Shown here: in pieces, positions 28,645-40,376 of the stretch
How the letters are laid out: every line of letters begins with the position of its first letter
How positions within the stretch are numbered: the stretch's first letter is position 1
Origin: the human T2T-CHM13v2.0 reference genome, Homo sapiens
DNA length: 64,000 bases
Assembly (NCBI RefSeq): GCF_009914755.1
Contig: NC_060930.1
Reading direction: 5' to 3' (one strand)
Made by a program: the position numbers and the translations under genes
Notes under the pieces: model-generated
The model's input: only the letters and a program-made list of their open reading frames with translations
What the model was told of the DNA's origin: nothing
The model's database searches: none

Positions 28645-30465
28645 CTAAAAGAGTACAATAAAAATGGTTATAGCTTGAGGTTTATACTTAGTATAAATAT
28701 GAATGTAGACATAACTCAGCTAAAATAAACCATAAACTCTATTACTAAAAATGATGCTCATTCTAAAGAAAGCACTGAATAAAGAAAAGCAAACACGGCT
28801 CTGCTTCTACAGGAAGCAGAAGCTTATTTCAGCTCCTCTAACATTCCTTTGCTGTCTATGCTAACTGGGATTTTTCCAAACTTTTTTTTTTTAAGGAAAT
28901 CAAAGTAAAGAAGCCTTCCATGCTTGCCCTCAGGAGAACTTACCATAACTCACAAAGAGGTGCATCACAACTGGAGAGTTTACAGATTTTATTCATTTGT
29001 AGCATTTTATAGGAAACCTACATTAAAAGCATTCTAGTTTTACAATCTATAATAAATTATGTTTAGAAGTTCCCCAAACATTCAGCACAGAGAGGCAGGG
29101 ACAAAAAAGGGTCAGAAACACACCTCCCTTTTGAAAGGTTGGGCTATATTTTCAGACACTGAATCCAGTAGATATTGAAAATAAAATGGTGTCACTCCTG
29201 AAGTAACCTACAATGGGACGCTAATTTAATATGTTATATTTGATTTTTAAGATAGTCATTCTATTTTCTTCTTTACATTTATATCTCGTTAGCAACACCA
29301 AACTTTACATAATCAAGGATTGAACCACATCTTATTCATCTTCCTAGCCCCAACTCCTAGCACGGGGCCTAGCATATAACAAAACCTAATAATATGCTCG
29401 TTGAAATTAAAACTGAATATCAGCTGCCTAGATCTCTATTCTCTCTCTTTAATTTCCAAGTTCAATTTTTTCCCCTTGGGATTTCTCATTATTCTTTTCT
29501 CTCCTACATTGGTTAGAATGGTTTTTATTCACAGCTGTCTGTGATATGATATTCATGATAGCTTTTCACTCCAGACTGGCTTTTCTAAAATATGAATATA
29601 CCAAGCATCCCATGGAATCAATGCACTGATAATGATATTATTATTTCTAATTAGTTGGACAGGAAAAACAAGCAAGAACTTCACATGGACAGTATGTTTT
29701 AATAATCAGTGGGATTTTAAAAGGCATTCCTGGAAAAAGGACTCCAGTTTGAACACTTTAATACATAGGTCAATTCAGGAAGTAAGTGTTGTGTTTGAAA
29801 ACACCAAAGTAATCAATAAGTTCTTTCATTGTCAGAAACCTAGATGTTCAACAAATTTCACTAAACAAAAAGGCATCTCTATAAATTGTTGAGATTAAGA
29901 GTTGAGTTGAAAAATATGGGAGAAAGGCCAGCAAGCTGTTCACTTCTGAAAATAGGCTTATAATGGAAAAGTTGACATGCTGAAATATGGCAAAGAAAAT
30001 AGCACAAATAGGAAAAAAGAAGAAAAAATACAGATTAATGACAAGAGTAAAAGTGGAACAAAGAGCAAAATAGATAGGAAAAGCAGCCTAAGAACCTGGT
30101 CCTCATATATACAAATAACACACACCTGCCATATTGTGCAAATGCAGAAAAAGACTAGCCAAGGAATCAGGCAAGTGATAATATCTGATTAGTCGATATT
30201 TCATTAGAGATAAAACCAGTTGTGAAGAATGTGGTGTGACACCATGGTCTAAACATTGAATACTTAGATATGCTGTTGTTATGCAAGAAGTGTTTTCTAT
30301 CATGGCAGGTAAAGAGGGAATTGTCTGCTGGGAAATACCACCTGCAAATAGAATATATATTTTCTACTGTACATTCAAACTTCTCTAAAATTTTTCCACT
30401 CATAGTAGAAATGCTTACCATACCAGATGTCATCAACTTATTTCTCATGTATATTATGCAGAAAA

Positions 30466-30499
30466 CTGCACATGTACCCTAAAACTTAAAGTATAATAA

Positions 30500-30530
<31 letters not shown>

Positions 30531-30533
30531 AAA
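30466..30533 (+). mobile_element. Extreme 3' stub of an L1PA with (TAAA)n tail
   Basis: ctgcacatgtaccctaaaacttaaagtataataat is the terminal L1PA sequence. Confidence 0.85.
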
Positions 30534-30602
30534 GATTTCACAATGGCAGAATTTTACCTAAAGATAGGAAATTTTCAATTCTGTAGCTTTACATTTACTT
30601 AC

Positions 30603-30638
30603 TGGAAATCCACGCGATCCAGGCACACCAGGTTCTCC
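30603..30638 (-). CDS. COL9A1: COL9A1 exon 12 (36 nt; GEPGVPGSRGFP)
   Basis: atttttAG|GGAGAA...TTTCCA|GTAAGT. Confidence 0.97.
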
Positions 30639-30741
30639 CTAAAAATAAAAATAGTTTCATTGTACTGACCTTTCATATCATGAATATGTAAATGTGAAAA
30701 CTGCATAAATATTGAAAGCATTAAAACACCCCATTATGGTG

Positions 30742-31127
30742 TTTTTTTTTTTTAAATTTCCAACTTTTATTTTAAGTTCAGGGGTACATGTGCAGGATGT
30801 GCAGGTTTGTTACATAGGTAAACATGTTCCATGGTAGTTTGCTGCACAGATCATCCCATCACCCAGCTATTAAGCCTGGCATCCACTAGCTATTCTTCCT
30901 GATGCTCTCCCTCCTCCCACCCCCTATTTTCTGACAGGCCCCTGTGTGTGTTGTTCCCCTTCATGTGTCCATGTGTTCTTTTTATTCAGCTCCCACTTAT
31001 AAGTGAGAACATGCAGTATTTGGTTTTCTGTTCCTGCGTTAGTTTGCTGAAAATAATGGCTTCCAGCTCCATCCACGTCCCTGCAAAGGACATGATCTTG
31101 TTCCTTTTTATGGCTGCATAGTATTCC
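30742..31127 (-). mobile_element. L1PA (older primate) 3' end, 5'-truncated, filling most of intron 11
   Basis: aacttttattttaagttcaggggtacatgtgcagg...ggctgcatagtattcc; TSD cat(t/c)atggtgttttt on both sides. Confidence 0.92.
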
Positions 31128-31274
31128 ACATCATGGTGTTTTTAAACACAATTTTAGTTGAACGAGTGCATTTTAGATACTTCATAACTTAATGTTAGTT
31201 GGCTTGCAAACACTGCAATAAAATTATACTTCAGCATTTTCGTACTAGCAATTAATGCCAGATGGCTAACTTAC

Positions 31275-31328
31275 TTTTTGTCCCTTTGACCCAATGGAGC
31301 CAGGGGATCCATCAGGTCCTGTTAATCC
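31275..31328 (-). CDS. COL9A1: COL9A1 exon 11 (54 nt; GLTGPDGSPGSIGSKGQK)
   Basis: ctattAG|GGATTA...CAAAAA|GTAAGT. Confidence 0.97.
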
Positions 31329-34300
31329 CTAATAGAGCAAGACAATGATGTTAGAACTATCATAACATCCTTAGGCAAACCACTAAGTAGAAAACTTTCA
31401 TTTTATTTATTAATTGTCTACAGGATGGTTACATAAGTATGATGCAAATATTTATAAAGAAATACCTTACTATAGTCTTACTCAAAAGTAAAGATTAACA
31501 GAAGATCTGCCTGTTGTGATTATTTCTTCTTGATAAGTTGTATCATACTCCTAACTTCCTGCTAACTGCATTGTTTATCACAGGGTTCAATAATTCAGTG
31601 TTTTTTGTCTCTGCTTTGGAAAAAAATGCAACATAGCAATTACAATGTTGTAATAGCTAAGACTGGTGGGTCTTGGTTCTGCCATTTACTCAGGTTTATT
31701 TACCTCCTTTACTTCATTTATGAAACAAAAATACTATGTATCTCTCTACAGGACAATAATCTCTTTCTACATGACAACAATGTCTTGGAAGTCAATAAAA
31801 TATTTCCTCAATAAGAATTAAACACAAACAATCTCATTATTGCCTTATAGCCACTAACAGCCCCCTAGCCATCTTCTAGCAATGACAATTGCTTATCAAA
31901 GAATATTAATTCTTAAAGTAGAAACATTTGAAAGCATGCATGTTTCTACATTATTTTTCTTAGTAAAAATAGCTGTGATTAAGTATATATGTTCATGTAT
32001 GCCACTCGGTATGTAAAATTTAAGCCTATTATTATAAACCACATTTATAATTATCATATTTAATACTAAAGCAGTTATTAAATACATATTCTAAACATTC
32101 TCATTTTCCCTACTACTACTTACTTTATCATCATCCTCAATATAAAACACGTATTAAAGAATGATAATATCACATATATACAAGAATTTCCATATTTGGT
32201 AAAGATACATTTCTATTTTTAATTTTTTTCTTTGCTCTTTGACACTTTCAGATGCTGTCATTTACAATGTAATCTTGAAAGTATACCTTCCTAAAGATAA
32301 ATATGATATATATGTGTGTACATATACATACATGCCTATATAAGTATCTTATAAACCCTTTCTATTATCAAGATTTTGAAGAAGACCCAAACAATATTGA
32401 CAGAGGGATCTCTTGAAAAATATGAAAGCCCTACTTAAAAATGGATCACCAAAATTCATATTTAGTCTGTCATGGTCTGAATAAACATCCATAAAATTCC
32501 TTCACATAATTCATATAGAAAACTAGTTCAGTGGCCACCATTTTTACATTTCTCTACCTTAATTAATTTTCCTAACAATGTCACAGAGTGAATCAAATAG
32601 AAAAAAATGAGTTGAAATGTTAATTACTGGAAATTTACCAAAGAAGAAAAATATTAAACACACACAAAAGAACTTTTGACAGACTGCCTTTGATTTTCAA
32701 TAGCCCTAGTCTAATTACAACACCGTAATTTGGGAACAAACCTCAACATGATTAGTTGCTAAGCACCTATGGTAATGAAATGTTTGCTTTGGCATTTCAC
32801 AAACAAACTATACATCCAGGAGCACTCTCTGGATGCACATATGGCATGTAAATTTTATAAACCTCTGGGCATATTTAACTAACTGATCCTCTAATTCTCA
32901 CTTAATGCATAAACCCTCCAAGACCAATTCTGTTCAATTTTCATACACACAGTCAACTAACACTCTTCAACCTGTGACTGGAATAACTGACAAGATTGGA
33001 GGACAGTAACTATAAAGCAGAACCAAGTAAATAGTTGGATAACCTGGAAGCTGTTTTTCGGTTACTTCATATTAAAAATATCCTCCATAAGACATGCTAA
33101 ATTATGTCAATCACTGGAAAGTTCTTTGAACTAAGTTGAAAATGGATTCTGGTGTCAGATGTTACAGTAACACCTGTTATGAAATAACTATGCAGAAAAC
33201 CGTAAGCTCCATGAGGACAAGAGTCATATGTCCATTACAGTCCTAACATGTTGTCCTGGCATCTAACCACTCAAGATGTGATTACTGCCTACAATAAGTT
33301 TAAGGAGGCCTTCCAGGTGGCAGGATATTACACTTGTTCCTCCACAACATCTTTATATTCAGCTCAAATCCTGATCCTACTACTTAGCAGCTGTGGAATC
33401 ATGGGCAAGGTCCCTAACTGCACAGTGTTCTAGACGCTGTTCCTCATTGAGAAAAGGTCCTACAAACAAACAAACCAAATCTAGGTATTAACCACAGCAC
33501 TGTATTTCTTATCCTCATCACATTTCTTCAATGCCTGAATATTTGCACCTACACTGATCTTTTAGAATAATTTCTTAATAACTCACAATTCTAGTTATAA
33601 AGCATCTGCCACAGATAATAGTTGTATACATTCAGAAAATACATAGCACCTAACCTCTGCCTGTAAAAATTATCACAGTTTAGCTATAATTCTTATACTT
33701 TATTCTAATTCCTCTTCTGCTTATCTCATATGGGTGTTATAAGAAAGAATAAAATACTGTTTTTAAAGGTCTCTCTGAGCATGTCACAACAAATAGTACA
33801 TATAAAAATATCTCTATTAATATAATTGCTGAGAACAGCACAGTTGTCCTAAGGTTAGGACCAAGTTCTGTCTTATCTAATTTTACATGTCCATAAGCCA
33901 AAAAAAAAAAATCAACTTAACCTGAAAAAAGGGCAGATTTGAGTTGAAATATACAGACCACACACATAATACATACATAATTTTCAAAATCCAGTTTGCA
34001 GTAAGACCTCCTAATTCTTATTTCAAAGAAATAAAAGAAGAAAACATTACCAGAGCAGAAAAAAGTGCCTTCATATGAATATTCATACAGACAAACTTCT
34101 ATACATTATAACATTGAAGCTGACTGTGTTCTGAACTTCATGTTACTGTTTGGCAGAGAAAACCAGTCCTCAATGGAGATTTCCTTCCAGTATTCTGACA
34201 GCTCAGCTGGTAGGACTCAAGGCTTACTTCTACAAGCATGACTGCTATGACTCATTTACATTTTCTGCCAAAAATCCATTCAACATAGGATAATGAACAC

Positions 34301-36004
34301 TGAACAGGGTTCCTTTCTGATTCTTTCAACCATCATCCAATTAACCATTTTTTAACATTATCAAAAAATAAGCCTTGTAATGACCCAAAGAGCAGAAGAC
34401 GAAATGATTCGAGGTTTAAGGTCCTACCAGCACACTCAGGTTCACCTACCAAGAAAGGACTGTTGAAGCTCTCCTACTTACTTAGCTCCCCTATGGCCAA
34501 GGACAAACAAACAGCAAATTCTGACCCAGTTACTGCATTTCATTATTCTCAAAGATATCCATTCTCAATTTAGAATAAAAGATTTTTTTAATGTCAAATC
34601 AGTCAAAGAGTGGAATAAGAAAACTTTACAGTTCCAGATGCCTCATGTGGCTTAAATTCAAAAGTCAGGGAATATAAAACAAACCAATATTTATAAGTAA
34701 TTATAAAATATCTATTACAAATGGCTGTTATTATCCATATCATTCTTCTTGATCGGTGACTTAGGTACTAAAAATTCACTATCACTTTTTCTCTCTGTTC
34801 TCGCTATTCTCTCTCATCTATTAAGATCGTCACTTGTATTCGCATGAGGCAGAATTGCCTGGGGAGTCTAAAAATCAAGAAATCTGGACTATTTTGTTAT
34901 CTTAGCTACTAAATAGCTCTCTGAGGAAACCACTTGTCTTCATAATTATTGTTTCCTTATTTATGGAAAGTAATATTAGACTAATCTACTTTCCAGGTTA
35001 TTGTTGGTTAAAAGAAATGTTTGTGGCAGTGCTTGAGGAAAAAGTTCTGTGTAAATGCAAATAGTATAGTTGATTTTTCCCCAAGATCTAGAAAATGCCT
35101 AAAATACTGGCAGATACAGGGATTTCCTTTTTTCTCCCCTTTCCTCTCTTTCTCTTTTGCTTTCCTCTCCTGTCTCAGCAGACTAAATGTGCTCATCATT
35201 TTTTCCTTGAGGTCAAAGTTCAATAATTTAAGGCAGCTTATTCTTTTATGTCTTTTAATATTTGAAATCTGGTTTATGCTGCACTGTGGGTCTGCAAATA
35301 TAGACAAAGAAAAATTTACTTGAAATTGCTTTCTATGTTGTACTTCTAAAAATTTCAAAGCACTTTCATTTGTTTATCCAAAGTTTCTGTTAGAGTGGGG
35401 AAATTACTTTATAAGCAAAACCAAGGATTGTCTTTATGACACCATGGTATAAGGTAAAGAGAAGAATTTGTTGAGTAAGCTACAAAAGCACTATTAAATT
35501 GGGGGACAGATAAGTCCAGCTTTCTGTCTGACATTATATTGCAGTTTAATTAATAGCAAGACAAGGATTCAGATGACCCATTTACGCTTCAAATACCAAA
35601 ATAAATTTTTGAAATACAAAATAAATATTTTATTTACCAAAATAATTTTTTTAATTTAGTCAGAAATTTTCTTTTCATCCAAAACTAAAGGCTGATTGAA
35701 ATTTCAAAGGAATATAGAAATAAATTCAAGCTACATTAGGCTACCAGTTTGTTCAGTAGCCTTGAATTTGTCAGACTCTTTTTATTATGGTATGACAATT
35801 TCGATTAATTATAGATGTTCCAAAGAGTTTGATTGCCAACAAGTTATATTATTTCAGTTCATATTACATTAATACAAACGCTTGTTTGAGATTCAGTTTT
35901 TACTATCTAAATATTAGTCCTTAGGTGCCTCCTGTACTGCTAATTTGCATACACAGAAAGTTCAAACTAGGGGCTTTGAAATGTAAACCAAGATCTATTT
36001 CCTA

Positions 36005-36246
<242 letters not shown>

Positions 36247-36289
36247 CTAAATAGTATAGACACAGTATAAACAAACACATTCATTATGG

Positions 36290-36343
36290 GAATCCCGACA
36301 AAGAAAGCACACCTTAATAACAGTAAAAATCCAGTTATTTATT
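36290..36343 (-). terminator. Intronic polyadenylation signal with downstream GU-rich element
   Basis: Minus strand AAAAATAAATAA...; about 25-40 nt downstream GTGTGCTTTCTTGT, then TGTGTTTGTTT. Confidence 0.6.
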
Positions 36344-36556
36344 TTTCTTTCAAAATGAAGGATATGTCTTAAACTGTAGTCAAAAATTCTTGGAAATCAT
36401 AATTATAGGTTTTCGAGTGCTTTCTTTCATTTAGAAAAGTCTTTAGTTTTTGGAAAACACATAAAGTGGTAACTTGAAGAGTAACTTGAGTGATGCACCA
36501 TGGTATGCTAAGAACAGACGCCATTTCTTACTTCACTTCATATTCCAGGGACAAAA

Positions 36557-36568
36557 TCAAGGACTGGT
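36557..36568 (-). CDS. COL9A1: Alternative terminal exon in intron 10 (T-S-P-stop); its 3'UTR would run to about 36320
   Basis: Branch point TTCTAAC (A at 36595), cactacAG|ACC AGT CCT TGA in phase with exon 10; AATAAA at 36338-36343; agrees with my recollection of a curated 328-aa isoform ending TSP. Confidence 0.7.
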   Translation of the reverse strand, partial: TSP

Positions 36569-37367
36569 CTGTAGTGGGTCATTATTACATATTGTTAGAA
36601 TGCATGGAAAGAGGAGAAGCTGAGAATCCTGAAGTCATTTTACTCTGAAGAAGTATTATTTAGTGTTAGGTTTACCATATAAGTCAGCATTTGATGGAGA
36701 TGTGGGTAAACTGGAGAAAGCCTGCTGGTTCTCAATCTTCATACAGTCCTAGCCAGCTCATTTCTGCCAGTAATGCCAGCCAGAAAAACTCCATGGAAAG
36801 ACGAAAATCTAGTTTTGAATTTCTAAATTCCCCGCACATCCCCACTCACTTCAAGTGCATCTTTCTTTTTCACATTCCTTGGGATTTAGGAGTGCTCTGG
36901 CCCTTTGCCTACCTGCAGGATCTTTTTCTAAATTAATGCAGGGAGTGCCGGTGAAAGAGCAAGGGCGAAGGCTAGCTTCCAGGAGCCTGCCAGTGGGCTC
37001 ACAGCAGGTAAGCCGAAGCCAGTACAATCTATTGCCATCCGTACCCCCTCTGGCCCCAGTGGGGCTGAGAGTTCACAGCGTGCACTGTGAGGTCACGGTT
37101 AGAGACAGGAAGCCAGTACCCGCTGCTGTTTTCTAGGAGGAGGAAATGCCAACGCCTCCTAGAGAGAGGTATCCTCACCTTCACAAGTCCTTTTGCAAAA
37201 GCTGCCAGTTCCACGATCAATCAGGCGCTGGCAGGAGGCCAAGTTTAGAGCCACAGCGCGTTCTCTCTCTCTCTTTCTCTCTCTCCCTCCCCCCCCACAA
37301 AACACACACTTACTCGTACCCACCACACACCCCAGGCTGGGCGCCCTCCCAGCACTCGCCTACTCAC

Positions 37368-37430
37368 ATCAGCGCCAGGTGTGCCAGGCTTGCCTGGAGC
37401 TCCTGGCTTTCCCGGTTCACCTGCAGGACC
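37368..37430 (-). CDS. COL9A1: COL9A1 exon 10 (63 nt; GPAGEPGKPGAPGKPGTPGAD)
   Basis: ctgctcAG|GGTCCT...GCTGAT|GTGAGT. Confidence 0.97.
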
Positions 37431-37559
37431 CTGAGCAGGGGCAGAAGGGTGCGGGGGCAGGAGAGAAAAAGGTGCAAAGTTGAGACCCTTCAGAAACAGG
37501 GGGCTGCAAAACACGTCTAAAGGAAGGAAGTGGAGCGCCATATGCTCCAATCAACTTAC

Positions 37560-37595
37560 CGGGGGGCCCGGGGGGCCCTTAGGACCTCGGTCACC
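37560..37595 (-). CDS. COL9A1: COL9A1 exon 9 (36 nt; GDRGPKGPPGPP)
   Basis: ctccAG|GGTGAC...CCCCCG|GTAAGT. Confidence 0.97.
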
Positions 37596-37783
37596 CTGGA
37601 GGGGTAGGAGAAAAAGAGAGAGCAGTCTATGAGCGGGATAGGCTGAGGACCCCACTGGGACAATCCCAGGAGAGCTCACTTCACAGATGGGGATGGTGTA
37701 AGGGTCAAACGTGGAGGTTCATGACCAACAAGGACAACAGAGACACCTCTCCCTCCAAAAATCCCCGGGTTCCTAGGATCCTA

Positions 37784-38164
<381 letters not shown>

Positions 38165-39453
38165 TCAGACCTCCAAGCAAGCGCAGCTTTGGTCTCCGCC
38201 ATATTCTAATGAGCTAAACTGTGGGGCTAGAGCAGGATTGACGCCCCCAAGGTTGGGGGAGGCTTCACTGGTTCTCACCTCTGCAGAGTGCATTAAACCC
38301 AGGAGGAGTTGTGGAAAAGGAAGGGTCTAACGCCTTTGTATCCTCAAAAGGATACAAAAATGAAAATGGGGCTCATTCGATACCTCGATTTATCAGTCAT
38401 TGCAGGTCAGTGTTTTGGCCAGAATGGAACAGCCAAGAACAGAGACTCCACACCAGGATCTTTGTCCAGTAGAATGGGGAGGCGGGGCGTACACTTGAGG
38501 AAAAGATTTGGGAGGAGTAGGGCAGGGCAGCCTTGAGACCAGTGCCTGGCCTCATTTCAGTTTTACCTGCAGTGACACTCCCTCAGTCCCTTGAATTAGG
38601 TCTTTGCATCTCACTTCAAAATTACACCAAATTTCAGACTGACCCTGGGGCGTGACCCCTTTTATCGCTTGCAAACAGCTGCGTTTTGATGGTGCTAGAG
38701 GGAATGCTGGCGTCTGAAATAGTATAAACGTGTTGCTTAGGGAATGTGGGGCTGTTTTTACCCTTCTGAATTAAAAAAAGAAAAAGAAGAGACTCTTTCA
38801 TCAAGGAAAACTTTGTTTTTCTAAACTCCAACGACCAAACAGGTTACAATGGGGTCTTTGTAAGTGAAACCTCAAACCTCAGCTGGGCTTATGCGCCCCC
38901 GCCGGGTCCTCCCTCGCGCAGGAGGCGGGAGGCGCTGGAGCCTTTGGGAAACTGCTGAAATGCTGATGGAAGCCAGGGCCGCCAAGTTCCGTCCCGGAGC
39001 CGCCAGCACCGCTAGCTGGACTCGGGGTTAGTGCAGCTACGGCGGGCTGGAGGAGCGGGAGAGGGAGCGTGCCTGGATTCCCGCCTTTTCCAGCAAGGCC
39101 TGCTGTTGACAGTGACCAGGAGGTGGGGCGGGGGAGGGGGTGAGGTGCGGGAAGTAAGAAGCAATAACAGGCTAAGAATTAAACCTCGGTCTCCAGTCAC
39201 CTATTACCTTCAGCGCCAGAGCCTGCAGTAGGGAGGACCCAGATTGGGGAGGAGCCCCCCTTCCTAGACCAAGGGGTCATCTACGGCTCTGGACTTCGAT
39301 AGGACTCGCGGCAGGTGCTCGAGGCTGGAGGAAGCGCGGGTCTGAGAGCCCTGGGGATGCTCCGCGCCTTTCTCACAGCTCCCTCGACCGCTGCGCCCCG
39401 ACCTGTCCTCGTGTGCGCTTGAAAAATGCAAACACTCCCTGCCCCCAACTTAC

Positions 39454-39474
39454 CTCGTCGGTGGTCTGGCTGGG
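39454..39474 (-). CDS. COL9A1: COL9A1 exon 7 (21-nt microexon; PSQTTDE)
   Basis: cttctccAG|CCCAGCCAGACCACCGACGAG|GTAAGT. Confidence 0.95.
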
Positions 39475-39536
39475 CTGGAGAAGAAAAGATGGGGAGAAAG
39501 TGAGAAAAGCACCCCTCAAACTCGATCGCAACTTAC

Positions 39537-39608
39537 TTGAGCCGCGCACAAGCAGAGCCCCAACAGCAGCAGCCCCAGGGCCCCGCGGTCCCGCGCAGTC
39601 CAGGCCAT
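39537..39608 (-). CDS. COL9A1: COL9A1 alternative first exon 1* (short isoform), coding part MAWTARDRGALGLLLLGLCLCAAQ = alternative signal peptide
   Basis: ggcATGG Kozak context, 72 nt to CAA|GTAAGT, phase 0; Leu-rich core; matches the known NC4-less isoform initiated in intron 6. Confidence 0.95.
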
Positions 39609-39820
39609 GCCCGCCGCCCGCCGCTAATCCCTTGGCCCGGCTCTGCAGCCTGGTTCCCCTCTAGGCTTCCAGACCCGCCACTAGCATAGGTGGCACTTCG
39701 TCCCTGCAGAAAAAGCACCCCCGGGAGTAGCGGTTGCCAAAGCGTCCAGGCCCGGGAGGCGCGCGTTCCCCCTGTTTATGAATGGCCCCGGAGAGGGTCC
39801 TGGGATTGGAGGAGAGCTAG
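39609..39820 (-). promoter_or_regulatory. COL9A1: P2 internal promoter and 5'UTR of exon 1*
   Basis: Minus strand CATAAA (TATA-like) at 39775-39780 and CCAAT at 39805-39809 upstream of the exon 1* ATG; GC-rich. Confidence 0.75.
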
Positions 39821-40292
39821 GGGGCAGGGGAGGACGGATAGAATGACAACAGTCGCCCTTAACCCCTTCCCTGCCGCCGCACAGGCGAGGACTGAGCACG
39901 CAGCTCTGCCTCCATCCCATCCACCCCAGTGCAGCTTCTGGCTGTCCTCGGAGACTTCCCGGGTGGCCTGTGCCAGTGCTGGCCAGTAGAACTCAAGTGT
40001 TCTTGGACATGTTTGAGAGTAAGGGAGGAGGGTCCATAAGCTACCAAAGGGACAACCACACACCCGCAGGTGGTTTCTACCTGCCAGGCTGCAGGTGGTT
40101 TCTACCCGCCAGGTCGAAAGTATGAAGTGTACTTCCCTAATATTTCTCTAGTCAGTACAGCAAAGCACAGGCTCTCTTAGCGAAAGAGAGTGGGGAGGAG
40201 GGGTGCTGGGGAGGTGGCAAGATGGGAAAGTGGTGAGGTGGAGAGGGTTGAGCTGGGTAGAAGTGGCCTTTGCAGGTAGTCAGGGGACTCAC

Positions 40293-40376
40293 CGTTATTC
40301 TGGCTGGCAGCTCATGGCAAGTTTCTCTCCTGGGCCGCAGGGGGTCACAATGGATCAGCATCCATTGAAGTTCAAA
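40293..40376 (-). CDS. COL9A1: COL9A1 exon 6 (84 nt; [28 protein letters not shown])
   Basis: tttctccAG|TTTGAA...ATAACG|GTGAGT; overlaps ORF 40152..40361. Confidence 0.97.

Larger units (their letters stand above)
38880..39980. promoter_or_regulatory. CpG island spanning P2, exon 1*, exon 7 and the start of intron 7
   Basis: Visibly high GC and dense CG dinucleotides (gcgcgcg, ccgccgcccgccg) against an AT-rich background; boundaries approximate. Confidence 0.85.

Noticed and set aside
38723-38728. TATAAA on the + strand at the edge of the CpG island, as a possible antisense promoter
   Set aside because: A single hexamer with no supporting initiator or exon structure
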